A DNA stretch of 64,000 nt, from contig CAZKFF010000003.1 in the NCBI GenBank assembly GCA_964552045.1, positions 11,880 through 75,879 of the forward strand, read 5' to 3'. The position numbers and the translations under genes were made by a program. This document shows positions 29,374 to 39,881 of the stretch, piece after piece; within the stretch, counting starts at the first letter, position 1, and every line of letters starts with the position of its first letter. The notes under the pieces are model-generated. The model did no database searches and was not told where the DNA came from. It saw nothing but the letters and a program-made list of their open reading frames with translations. Origin of the DNA: an uncultured Candidatus Saccharibacteria bacterium. GTDB lineage: Bacteria > Patescibacteriota > Minisyncoccia > Phycocordibacterales > UBA918.

Positions 29374-29455
29374 GTTTGGGGGACGCATACGTGCGTCCCC
29401 GCTTTTGTGTCTGTCTTCATTTGACTCTTCAGCTCGGGGAAGATACAGTAGACAC

Positions 29456-29536
29456 ATGCATACCGCATACACAGCATCATATTACTTCTTTTGGTTTAGA
29501 AGCGGGGAGACCCGTGGTGCGTTTGTGAGTGCGTAA
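29456..29536 (+). CDS. Small aromatic-rich peptide (26 aa) MHTAYTASYYFFWFRSGETRGAFVSA
   Basis: TTGACT-17 bp-TACAGT then ATG 6 nt later (leaderless); GC-rich hairpin downstream. Confidence 0.5.
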   Translation: MHTAYTASYYFFWFRSGETRGAFVSA

Positions 29537-29699
29537 GTACAAAATCAGAAAACCGCCGCGCGTTTCCCTGAGAGGAACGCGCGGCGTTTCTTGTTTGTGT
29601 TCCGAGCAAAGCACGCACCATTTGTTTTGCTCGGTACGCAAGTATCGAAAAACCGCCGCGCTTTGCGTGGAAGGGTATGTACATCAATGGAGAACAGCT

Positions 29700-29984
29700 A
29701 TGGCCTATGCATGTGCGCTCAACGGCAATGCGCCGCTTGACCCGCCCCAAACGGATGCGGTTCAGGAGGAGTGTACACTCGAATGGTTCAAACAGCGGCT
29801 TATCGAGGCCGGTGTGAGTGGCCTCCACATCACGTGGGGCAACTACAGGGAGGAATTCCCCGAGGTTCCGAAGCACCTCATGCATGCGTATCTGCATCAT
29901 CGCAGACGTCTCCTGCACAGGCAGGCGCTTGCACTCGCAAAGGAAGGATATGCTGCGCTCGAAGAGCATCCTTTTGCTCTGTGA
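29700..29984 (+). CDS. Hypothetical protein (94 aa)
   Basis: ggag SD before MAYACAL; hairpin after the stop. Confidence 0.5.
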   Translation: MAYACALNGNAPLDPPQTDAVQEECTLEWFKQRLIEAGVSGLHITWGNYREEFPEVPKHLMHAYLHHRRRLLHRQALALAKEGYAALEEHPFAL

Positions 29985-30208
29985 ACGCACCAAGGCGCGC
30001 ACTCTGCGCGCCTTTATCTGTGGCTTTTGAAGCTGTACATACCAAAAAATGCGCTCACAGAAGAGACGCATTTTCGGTCCGGTTCCGTACCCCTACGGCA
30101 CCGTAGAAAAGAACAGATTTTGTCGACAAACGTGCCCCTTCGATCGGAGCACGAAGTGATATCTTAACTAATGATGAGTTCAGTGGCAAAAAATGCCTGT
30201 GCATAGCG

Positions 30209-31267
30209 CTACAGTTGCTGCTGGAGCACAAGCTGCAGGAATGGTACGAGCGTATCTTTGAACACCTGCGCACGGTAGGGGAGATCACCGCTTATGTTCT
30301 GCAACAGTGAGAATCCGGTCTCTTCCTTGATGGTGCGGTCAATATACGACAGTGAAAGCGCGCGCAGGCTTCCTTCGCCGAACTCCGCATCATCACCCTT
30401 GGTACTGATGATGCCGATGGCGTTGCCGTGCGCATCGACCACCGGGCCGCCGGAGGAGCCGTGTTCGCCGATCTGCGAGCCGCGAATGGTGAATATATCG
30501 ACGTAGTTGGATGCAAAGGTCATGAGATCACCGATGGTCGTGGTTGCCTGCTTGGGGACAAGCGGGGCAGTGATGTCATGCACAAGCGCCTGTGCAGGGT
30601 AGCCGGTGGCAAAGACCTCGGTATCGACGATATTGAGCTTGAGAAGGTCAGTGTCGAACGGAAGGGCGGCGAATTTGCCGGGCATGGGTTTGTTGTTGAG
30701 TGCAGCGGTCACATACAGAAGCGCGTAGTCGCGTTCGCCGGTACCCTTCGGAGCAGCGTCGTTTATGAGCTGTGCATGGTCACGTATCCATGCCGGTGAG
30801 ATGTACAGAAGCTCCGCCTCGTACTGCGGTGTCGCTGGATTGCCGGTACGGATGACGCACTGCGCCTGTCCCATAACGCCCTCAAGGAGCAAAAACTGGG
30901 CAACATGGGCATTGGTGAGGATGACGCCGTCAGTATCAATGAAGAATCCTGTGCCGGTGGTCGTTTTGGTATAGGTGTCGGTGCTGAATGAGCAGTAGAT
31001 ATTGACCAAGGCCTCAAGCGCTGTTGCGGGAGCGGTCTCTGGGTCGATACTTCCTACGATCGAAGCCTTCTGATACGCCGCATTCTTGATGAGTATATCG
31101 GGGATGCCTTGGAGCCTGGATTCAACCTGTGCCAGACGCTGCGTGGTCTGCGCTGTGTGCGTCTGTGGTGCTCCGGGCACGAGTGCCTGCAGCTGCGCTG
31201 CTGCGCTTCCTGACAGGGCCAGATAGCCACTGAGTATCGCCACGGCAAGATCGAGCAGGAATTGCAT
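30209..31267 (-). CDS. Secreted trypsin-like (S1) serine protease
   Basis: GTGFFI, ILTNAHV (His), DYALL (Asp), GSSGGPV (Ser). Confidence 0.9.
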   Translation of the reverse strand: MQFLLDLAVAILSGYLALSGSAAAQLQALVPGAPQTHTAQTTQRLAQVESRLQGIPDILIKNAAYQKASIVGSIDPETAPATALEALVNIYCSFSTDTYTKTTTGTGFFIDTDGVILTNAHVAQFLLLEGVMGQAQCVIRTGNPATPQYEAELLYISPAWIRDHAQLINDAAPKGTGERDYALLYVTAALNNKPMPGKFAALPFDTDLLKLNIVDTEVFATGYPAQALVHDITAPLVPKQATTTIGDLMTFASNYVDIFTIRGSQIGEHGSSGGPVVDAHGNAIGIISTKGDDAEFGEGSLRALSLSYIDRTIKEETGFSLLQNISGDLPYRAQVFKDTLVPFLQLVLQQQL

Positions 31268-31356
31268 GGTTACTGCAGTATAGCAAAATAGCCTAGAAAT
31301 TCAGAAGAATAAGTGCTAGAATGGCGCGCACCAATTGCTGAATTAAGCAATCAACT

Positions 31357-31427
31357 GCGGGTGTGGTTTAGTGGTAAAACGACTGCCTTCCAAGCAGTAG
31401 TCGGGGGTTCGATTCCTCTCACCCGCA
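31357..31427 (+). tRNA. tRNA-Gly(UCC)
   Basis: gcgggtg...cacccgc-a; anticodon loop CTTCCAA; GTTCGAT. Confidence 0.93.
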
Positions 31428-31602
31428 CACATATGTTCCAGAAAAAAGCCCGTCAAGGGCTTTTTTCTTTGGAACATAGTGTGCGGGTGAAGTAACCTGC
31501 TGGGAGCAGGTTACGTGAGGAATCGAAAAGGTTGACTGCTATTTTGTGACGGAGGATACAAAATAGCGACAACCTGTACTGATCCTGTAAGGATCGATTC
31601 CT
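31428..31602 (+). repeat. Structured element downstream of tRNA-Gly(UCC)
   Basis: Inverted tRNA end gtgcgggtga-[hairpin]-gaggaatcgaa, a core homologous to 2463-2554, and terminal tcgattcct. Confidence 0.75.
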
Positions 31603-31621
31603 ATAAAATGAGTGATAAAAT

Positions 31622-32161
31622 GTGCTTATGAACACAGAGCCTAAGAAATATATATTTCATGTAGAGCCTGCAATTGCTGCCATAACACCATACGGGATGG
31701 CCACTATCTCCGAGGACTTATTCAAAATGGCTTCTTATTTTGAAAATGATAACAAAATATCACTTGCACAGTATTATATTTACTGTGCATCTATGGAAAT
31801 CGGATTAAAGGCGGCAATTCTTGCTAGAGATTGCACAAAAGAGAGCAAGGAAACGATTAAAAATTTTGGACACAACTTACATACTGTAAAAAATAAATTT
31901 GAAGATTTGTACGACCCAATTTGGGATAAAGATGATATAAAAGCTATTGAGAAAATTAATCCTTTTTTCAAAGATAAAGATTTAGAATACTTTAAGATTA
32001 ATGTAATGGGTGAAATGTTAAAAGGGTTAAAACAGTTCCCGTCTCTTGACTCGATAGAAAATGCTGCCCGGAAAGTAAATCAGTTTGTGAATCAAGAAAA
32101 ATTCTTTATTAACGCCAAAACGTCTCAAAAACCAGGTAAAGGATTTATAAATTTTGTATAA
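31622..32161 (+). CDS. AT-rich HEPN-like protein (likely horizontally acquired)
   Basis: SMEIGLKA...FGHNL resembles the HEPN E-x-x-LK / H-x-L pattern; visibly more AT-rich than the flanks. Confidence 0.6.
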   Translation: MLMNTEPKKYIFHVEPAIAAITPYGMATISEDLFKMASYFENDNKISLAQYYIYCASMEIGLKAAILARDCTKESKETIKNFGHNLHTVKNKFEDLYDPIWDKDDIKAIEKINPFFKDKDLEYFKINVMGEMLKGLKQFPSLDSIENAARKVNQFVNQEKFFINAKTSQKPGKGFINFV

Positions 32162-32164
32162 AAC

Positions 32165-32557
32165 ATGACCCCTCACATCTCCCTCATCACCCTCGGCGTT
32201 TCCGACCTTCCAAAATCAACCGCCTTCTACAAAGCACTCGGTTTTCCTGCTGAGGGCGACGGGGAAGGGGTGACCTTCTTCAAGCTCCAGGGCACCTGGC
32301 TCTCGCTCTTCCCAAAAGAGGAACTCTCCAAAGACGCACAGACACCAATGGGTACAATTGCGCCCACATTTTCACTTGCACATAATGTCGCAAGCAAAGA
32401 AGCGGTACACGAAGTCATTGAGCTTGCTCGGAGTATCGGAGCTGTAATCATAAAGGAACCGCAGGATACCTTCTGGGGAGGATACGCCGGGTATTTCAAA
32501 GATCCCGACGGGTATCTGTGGGAAGTTGCCTGGAATCCGTTTATGGATCTCACCTAA
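32165..32557 (+). CDS. VOC/glyoxalase family protein
   Basis: ISLITLGVSDL, FWGGYAGYFKDPDGYLWEVAWNP. Confidence 0.92.
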   Translation: MTPHISLITLGVSDLPKSTAFYKALGFPAEGDGEGVTFFKLQGTWLSLFPKEELSKDAQTPMGTIAPTFSLAHNVASKEAVHEVIELARSIGAVIIKEPQDTFWGGYAGYFKDPDGYLWEVAWNPFMDLT

Positions 32558-32586
32558 CATAAACCCCCGGACAAGCCGGGGGTTTT

Positions 32587-32946
32587 TCACTTGCGAAAGA
32601 TAGTTTCGCCGATCCTGACCGCATTTACGACATGCTCCGTACCGTATCGCATTAATGCGAAGGCGATGCCGATATAGCGGATGGGTCGTGACTTGAATCT
32701 GCTGTGGAGTGTGATCAGGAAGTGGAGGGCTTCCAGCTCGATCGTCCATTGGCGCAGGGTTTCCCGCACAAGTTCCGCGTCATAGATCCTCATCAGCTCA
32801 ATGAGCTGATGTATGGCCATTTCTTCGACATAGGCGAGCTTAGCTTCGTCTGAGGCACCTTCGTATTTCTCCTTCAGTTCGACGGCGGTCTTCGCTATCA
32901 TTCGTGAAAGGATGTGTTTGATAAGACCCTTGCGTGACTGGTTCAC
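32587..32946 (-). CDS. Hypothetical protein
   Basis: 119 aa ORF with a ggag SD, bounded by hairpins. Confidence 0.5.
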   Translation of the reverse strand: MNQSRKGLIKHILSRMIAKTAVELKEKYEGASDEAKLAYVEEMAIHQLIELMRIYDAELVRETLRQWTIELEALHFLITLHSRFKSRPIRYIGIAFALMRYGTEHVVNAVRIGETIFRK

Positions 32947-33201
32947 TTTCGTAGCTCCAAGAACGGTTTACCGTACTCAATCATAGTCCCGTCATAAAAG
33001 CAAAAAGCCCCGGCTAAGGGCTTTCTGCTTTGTGATGGGAAATAGCGGGAATTACTCCTTGTATTTCCACATAGCGTAATACCTCCGCTACGTGTGTCAG
33101 TATAGCAGATTTCAAAACGGAATGGGAAGAGTGCACATCCTGTTCATAACTCGGACACAAAAAAGCTGCGGTGTACCGCAGCTTTTTTGTGTGGGGAGTG
33201 A

Positions 33202-33474
33202 TTATTTCACCGCATCCTTCAGTGCTTTCGCAGCACGGAACTTTGGAACGCGCATTGCTGGAACTTCGATGGTTTCACCAGTGCGGGGATTTCGTGCAGT
33301 TCTCTTGTTGCGCATCTTTGCTGAGAAGATACCCAAGCCCGCGATCGATACTTCCTGTCCTGCAACAAGCGTATCAACAATGGATGAGAGTACTGTCTCT
33401 ACAGCCTTTTCAGCATCAGCTTTTGTGACGCCCAGCTCTTCATGCACTTTGTTAATGATGTCTGCCTTATTCAT
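33202..33474 (-). CDS. hup: HU family DNA-binding protein
   Basis: MNKADII, GLGIF, RTARNPRTGE, PKFRAAKALKDAV. Confidence 0.96.
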   Translation of the reverse strand: MNKADIINKVHEELGVTKADAEKAVETVLSSIVDTLVAGQEVSIAGLGIFSAKMRNKRTARNPRTGETIEVPAMRVPKFRAAKALKDAVK

Positions 33475-33732
33475 AATTCCATTATTATTCTAAATGGCGA
33501 GTAAAGTGTGCTTTGGCTCCGGGTGATGCAGAGATGAGACTGTTCTCATTCCGTTGTTCGCCGCAGAGTACGTTTTTGCATCAGCTTGAATTCTGATACG
33601 GTGCCTTATTAAATGGCTTCAAATAATTATATAGCAAGGTTTTTTACCTGCAATGACTTGTAAACTGAACAATATGTGTTGTAGTGAACAGTTCAAAAGA
33701 CGCTGCACCGGTTGTGGTATGATGGCGGACAT

Positions 33733-34293
33733 ATGAAGATTGGCGTCATGGGGGCACAGGGCAGCTTTTCAGAGAAAGCAGGCGAGCAGTATATCGCACA
33801 GCAGGCGCTTAAAGACGGAGAAATCATCCCGCTTATCAGCGCCGAAGCGGTGCTCGATGCGGTTGAAAATGGGGCTTGCGATAAGGGTATTTTCCCGATT
33901 GAGAACTCAAATGGAGGTATTGTCATAGAGGCGGTCCATGCTATGGCCAGGCACAAGTTCGCCATTGAGCGCATGTTCGAGCTCGATGTCCATCATATGC
34001 TTCTGGTAAAGCCCGGTATAACCGCTGCACATATAGCAACGATCGCATCACATGATCAGGCGCTGAAGCAGTGTCGTATGTACCTTAAGCGTGTACATCC
34101 TGATGCAGAGATCGTGCCGTACGCGGATACCGCCAAAGCAGCCGCAGATCTGGCAGAGGGGGTATTGCCGGACACGACTGCGGTCATTGCCCCGCGCGGA
34201 TGCGCTTCCCTCTACGGTCTTGATATTCTCGAGGAATCAATACAGGATCTGAAGTTCAACTACACAACGTTCGTGGTTGCAGTGAAGCTATAG
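33733..34293 (+). CDS. Stand-alone prephenate dehydratase-like domain (no ACT domain)
   Basis: GAQGSFSE, PIENSNGG, SHDQALKQC, IQDLKFNYTTF. Confidence 0.85.
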   Translation: MKIGVMGAQGSFSEKAGEQYIAQQALKDGEIIPLISAEAVLDAVENGACDKGIFPIENSNGGIVIEAVHAMARHKFAIERMFELDVHHMLLVKPGITAAHIATIASHDQALKQCRMYLKRVHPDAEIVPYADTAKAAADLAEGVLPDTTAVIAPRGCASLYGLDILEESIQDLKFNYTTFVVAVKL

Positions 34294-34355
34294 AAGGCAG
34301 GAACTGTGCAAAAAGCGGCGGAGGCTTCGCCTCCGCCGCTTTTTGTGGTGTATTT

Positions 34356-35885
34356 TTAACGTGCGTAACTGATGACGCGGGTCTCCCGTATGACGTGCAC
34401 TTTTATCTCTCCCGGATAGCGGAGCTGCGCTTCGATATTGAGCGCGATCGTGCGCGCTAGTTCGTTGCTTTCAAAGTCAGACAGCAGAGCCGGATTGACC
34501 AGGACGCGTATCTCACGCCCGGCTGCGATCGCAAATGCCTTTTCAACGCCCGCAAGACTTGTAGCGATTGATTCAAGCTCAGTAAGGCGCTTGATGTAGT
34601 TCTCAATGGAATCGCGCCGTGCGCCGGGACGTCCTCCTGAAAGCGCGTCGGCGACCTGGACGATGATTGCCTCCGGCGTCTCATATGGATACTCTTCGTG
34701 ATGCGCGCGCATAGCCAGGATGACTTTCTCATCAACGTTGTATTTCTGGAGGATGCGAATGCCGATCTCAACGTGCGTGCCTTGCACTTCGTGGCTCACA
34801 GTCTTGCCGATGTCATGCAAGAGCGCTCCGGCGCGTGCAACCGCCACATCAGCGCCGACCTCTTCGGCGATCATTGCCGCGATGTGCGACATCTCAACAG
34901 AATGAGCGAGCACGTTTTGTCCATAGCTCGTTCGGAAATGGAGACGGCCGAGAATGGTGACCAGGTCGGGGTGCAGATTCGGTACATTGGCCTCGTACGC
35001 TGCCTTCTCCCCCATTTTGCGGATGGTGGCACCCACTTCTTTGCGCGCGAGTTCGACCGTTTCCTCGATCTTCGCCGGCTGGATGCGCCCGTCTTTAAGC
35101 AGCATTTCAAGCGCCGTGCGCGCGATCTCGCGGCGGATCGGATCGAATGATGAGAGGGTGATGTAGCCGGGGGTTTCATCAATGAGCACATCAACGCCCG
35201 TAGCGCGCTCGAACGCGCGCACGTTGCGCCCCTCCTTGCCGATGACCTTTCCTTTGAGGTCGTCGCTTGGGAGTTCGACGTTCGCCGTCATGATGTTGGT
35301 CGGCATGTTGTTGCCAACCCGGTGAATGGCCGCAAGGAGGATGTTCTGCGCTTTCTGTTCGTATGCTTCGTCATTCTGCAGCGCGAGCTTCTGTATGCGC
35401 GCAGCAAGATCCTCGGAACGCTCCTCCTCCATCTTATGGACGACCAGTGCATACGCCTCATCCCGGGAAAGGCTGGCCATCTCTTCAAGCTTCGCGTCGA
35501 TCTCGTTGCGGCGTTCGTCGAGTCTTCCTTTGATCTCCTTGACCTCGTCGATCTTCGCACGGACCGCTTCCTTTTCCGAGTCGAGGGTGATCTGGCGCTC
35601 ATCAAGAAGCTCCTCTTTCTTTTCAAGGCGCTCTTCCTTCCGCTTGATGGTATCCTCCGACTCTTTGAGGATCTTTTTTGCTTCTTCCTCGATCTTCTCA
35701 GCTTTCGCTTCAGCCTTTTCGACGATCTTCAACGCTTTTTCCTCCGCCTCGAGCTCACGTTGCTTCAGCTCAAGCTCTACCGATGATTTTTTTGAAAGCG
35801 CATGCAGGTAACGCAGATAGTATCCAGAAGCTATGCCGATAAGTAGTGCTGCAGCGAGTGCTGACAGTAGTATCAAGAGTGGCAT
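34356..35885 (-). CDS. rny: Ribonuclease Y
   Basis: N-terminal TM, coiled coil, KH (KGKVIGKEGRNVR), HD (LLHDIGK), RPGARR. Confidence 0.97.
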   Translation of the reverse strand: MPLLILLSALAAALLIGIASGYYLRYLHALSKKSSVELELKQRELEAEEKALKIVEKAEAKAEKIEEEAKKILKESEDTIKRKEERLEKKEELLDERQITLDSEKEAVRAKIDEVKEIKGRLDERRNEIDAKLEEMASLSRDEAYALVVHKMEEERSEDLAARIQKLALQNDEAYEQKAQNILLAAIHRVGNNMPTNIMTANVELPSDDLKGKVIGKEGRNVRAFERATGVDVLIDETPGYITLSSFDPIRREIARTALEMLLKDGRIQPAKIEETVELARKEVGATIRKMGEKAAYEANVPNLHPDLVTILGRLHFRTSYGQNVLAHSVEMSHIAAMIAEEVGADVAVARAGALLHDIGKTVSHEVQGTHVEIGIRILQKYNVDEKVILAMRAHHEEYPYETPEAIIVQVADALSGGRPGARRDSIENYIKRLTELESIATSLAGVEKAFAIAAGREIRVLVNPALLSDFESNELARTIALNIEAQLRYPGEIKVHVIRETRVISYAR

Positions 35886-36025
35886 ATGGTGTATCTATGG
35901 TAATAATGACAGTGGAAACCGTGACCGAAATACTGTTATGAAGAACAGTATCAGAAGAGCTCTCTTTAGGGAAGACCTAAAAAAGCGCGGAAGGCTGTGC
36001 CTTCCGCGCTTTTTTAAACCGATTT

Positions 36026-36196
36026 TTACGCATCCACCTCATCAACGAGGGTCTATTTGTGTACTTCGTCGATCAGCGCAGATTACTACGCTTGCTTTAC
36101 TCGCTAAGTACCTGCTGCCCTGCCTCGCGGTTCGTCGCATGGGAAGGGCTCCCCACAGCGCTCCGGACCCTCATTGATGAGGAGAATAGAAAATAA
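36026..36196 (-). repeat. Structured element downstream of clpP with three copies of the clpP 3' end
   Basis: cctcatcaatgagggtc/gaccctcgttgatgagg closing stem; echoes LIDEVHK*, LVDEVDA* and an inverted LIDEENRK*. Confidence 0.75.
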
Positions 36197-36197
36197 A

Positions 36198-36797
36198 TTA
36201 TTTATGTACCTCATCAATGAGGCCATATTTCTTGGCTTCCTGCGCATCCATGAAGAAGTCCCGGTCTGTATCCTTCTCGATCTGCGCAAGCGGCTTTCCT
36301 GATGCTTTTGCAAGCATTCGGTTCAGACGTTCACGTGTCTTGAGGATATGCCGTGCGGTTATTTCAATATCGCTTGCCTGTCCCTGTGCGCCACCCCACG
36401 GCTGATGGATCATGATCTCGGCGTTCTGCAGAGCAAACCGCTTGCCTGGCGCTCCCTGCGAAAGGATGATCGAGCCCATTGACGCTGCCATACCCACGCA
36501 GACCGTCGCAACATCGGGCTTGATATGGTTCATGGTGTCCACGATGCCCAAGCCCGCTGAGACGCTGCCGCCGGGCGAGTTCACGTAGAGCGAAATATCC
36601 TTCTTAGGATCCTCAGCTTCAAGGAACAAAAGCTGGGCGATGACCAGATTTGCCATATGATCGTCGATCGGTCCGGTTACAAAGATGATGCGCTCTTTCA
36701 GCAACCGTGAAAAAATGTCGAACGCGCGTTCCCCCTGCTGTGTTTTCTCGACCACCATAGGGACGAGAAAATCGTTTATGTGTGATTGTTTTTCCAT
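36198..36797 (-). CDS. clpP: ATP-dependent Clp protease proteolytic subunit
   Basis: [35 protein letters not shown]. Confidence 0.98.
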   Translation of the reverse strand: MEKQSHINDFLVPMVVEKTQQGERAFDIFSRLLKERIIFVTGPIDDHMANLVIAQLLFLEAEDPKKDISLYVNSPGGSVSAGLGIVDTMNHIKPDVATVCVGMAASMGSIILSQGAPGKRFALQNAEIMIHQPWGGAQGQASDIEITARHILKTRERLNRMLAKASGKPLAQIEKDTDRDFFMDAQEAKKYGLIDEVHK

Positions 36798-36945
36798 AAT
36801 GCTTAATTAATTCTATCGTGACTGCACAGTGTGTAATGTAACAGATAGCATGGGCAAAAGGAAGACGAGCCTTCGCAACGGCTGTGTTTGTCATTTTGGA
36901 CAACTCGACTATAGTAGGAGGAGAAACGTTCCATGGGAGGTTTGT

Positions 36946-37272
36946 ATGGGAACAATGATCATTTCCGTGGTATTCATGCTTGTGTTCTGGGGAGGCCTCG
37001 TCTTTTTCCTGGGAGAGGCGATCATTCTCTCCTTCGTGAAGGGGCAGGAGCTCCTCCTCCGGCGTATGAGCGTCTTCGATCACCACGAATACTACAGGCG
37101 GAGCTTTTTCGAGAAGATCGGGTCGATCTTCATCTACAGCAATCTGCGGATGAAGATCATTCTGTGCGCGCTTGTGTGCGTGTACATTGTGCTCTCGGCG
37201 CTGGTGAGTGTCACCGACAGCGCGGTCTCGATCCTCGAGCAGCTGCAGGCATTCTCCGTCCCATATACTTAA
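36946..37272 (+). CDS. Hypothetical membrane protein
   Basis: ggaggt SD before MGTMII; two hydrophobic segments. Confidence 0.55.
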   Translation: MGTMIISVVFMLVFWGGLVFFLGEAIILSFVKGQELLLRRMSVFDHHEYYRRSFFEKIGSIFIYSNLRMKIILCALVCVYIVLSALVSVTDSAVSILEQLQAFSVPYT

Positions 37273-37300
37273 GAAAAACGGCGCCGCTGGCGCCGTTATC

Positions 37301-37531
37301 TTATAATTTTTCAATTTCCTTGAGGTCTTTGTCGGGAATGTAGAGGATCGCCAGGCCGATGACGACCCCCGCTGCTGCGGTGATGAGGTGTTCACCCTCA
37401 AAAAAGACGAGGTCAACTTCGTCGAGCAGATGCCAGATGCCGCGCCAGATCAATACGAGCCCGAGTACGACCGTTAGATTCTTTGTAAAATACCGCACGG
37501 TTGCCATGCGTGTCCGTTGTGATTTTCTCAT
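37301..37531 (-). CDS. Small two-TM membrane protein
   Basis: VVLGLVLIWRGIWHLLD...GVVIGLAILYIPD. Confidence 0.7.
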   Translation of the reverse strand: MRKSQRTRMATVRYFTKNLTVVLGLVLIWRGIWHLLDEVDLVFFEGEHLITAAAGVVIGLAILYIPDKDLKEIEKL

Positions 37532-37593
37532 GCATACATGATACTACAGGTGCGTTTGCGCAATAGAAAAGACCCGCACTGCGGGTCAGTTTC

Positions 37594-38775
<1,182 letters not shown>

Positions 38776-38863
38776 GTGTGGTTGATGAAATAGTACAGGG
38801 GGTAGTGTACCTATATACGAAGAAAAAGCAATAAAAAAAGCCGGGGTACATCCCCGGCTTTTT

Positions 38864-39244
38864 TTATTGCAGTATTTCAGCTTCAATGGCCGGTATCTCC
38901 TGGTTGAGGGTATCGAGCCGTGTGGCGTCGATATCTGCCTGTATCGCTTCCAATTCGTCCGATGGACTCAATGCTGCCGCTGTTTCCACATCACTCTCAG
39001 CATTGGTGCTTTCTGGTTCATTGTTCTCCTCTGCTGTCGGACGTTCAGTATCCTGCGTCGGCACGGGAGACATCTCAGTTTGCATTGATCGGCCCCAGAG
39101 GTACAGTCCGCCGAGTATAAGCATGAGTACCAATACGAGAACGCCCAGTATGACGCCTAAGTGTGACGGCTGCTCGGTCTGTGCATTCTCTCCAAACTGT
39201 TCCTCCGGCATTTTGAACCCATTTTTTGAAATTTTGTCGTTCAT
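38864..39244 (-). CDS. Hypothetical single-TM protein
   Basis: TM LGVILGVLVLVLMLILGGLYLWG with an acidic tail. Confidence 0.7.
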   Translation of the reverse strand: MNDKISKNGFKMPEEQFGENAQTEQPSHLGVILGVLVLVLMLILGGLYLWGRSMQTEMSPVPTQDTERPTAEENNEPESTNAESDVETAAALSPSDELEAIQADIDATRLDTLNQEIPAIEAEILQ

Positions 39245-39265
39245 AGATAGTGTGTAGTTTAGGGA

Positions 39266-39784
39266 TTAATTGGAAGTAAGGGGATCGACAGGTCGTGTCA
39301 TTGAGGCATTATTTTCCTTCTCTCTAAGGTCGCGGGCGGTATTGGTGATCAGCTCTTGTGCGCTTTCAAGCACTGCTTTTGCTTCAAGGAAACTGTCCCG
39401 GACAGCAAACCACTGCAATACGAATTCGCGGGCATTGACGAATTCTGTGATGCGTACGTCGATATTGTTCATCTGCTCCTTAGCTGCAGTGACGTTCTTC
39501 TTCGCCTCTTCAATGTAGAAACGCTCGTCTGTTGTGGTGACGCCGGCGAGTTCGAGCTTCACCATGCGTGACTCAAGCCGCTGCAGGATATTTTCGAATC
39601 GTGCGATGACTGACTCGGTCCGGTTCGCCATGTTTGAGGATAGATTGATCACACGGGTCTTTTCTGCTTCAGTGAGAGGGGGCACGTAGTCCGCAGTCTC
39701 CTGCGCGAACGCGAATGTCGCTGCAGATAATGCAGCTAATGCCATCATTCCTATAAGTGCTAACGATATTTTTTTGCTGTGCAT
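39266..39784 (-). CDS. Secreted coiled-coil hypothetical protein
   Basis: Signal peptide (AFA-QE) and heptad-like helices. Confidence 0.7.
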   Translation of the reverse strand: MHSKKISLALIGMMALAALSAATFAFAQETADYVPPLTEAEKTRVINLSSNMANRTESVIARFENILQRLESRMVKLELAGVTTTDERFYIEEAKKNVTAAKEQMNNIDVRITEFVNAREFVLQWFAVRDSFLEAKAVLESAQELITNTARDLREKENNASMTRPVDPLTSN

Positions 39785-39881
39785 ATTTTTTAAACCGGTT
39801 AAGTGCTCCGTAAAATGTACCTATAGTATAGCCCCGTAACACGTACGTGTTACGGGGCTATACACAGTATGCATGGGCGGT

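Noticed and set aside
30075-30103. tRNA 3'-end-like sequence ggttccgtacccctacggcacc
   Set aside because: No proper TTCRA loop, and no matching acceptor or anticodon arms.
36037-36182. Possible 6S RNA upstream of rny
   Set aside because: The internal structure is branched rather than rod-like, and the closing stem derives from the clpP 3' end; treated as a 3'-end element.
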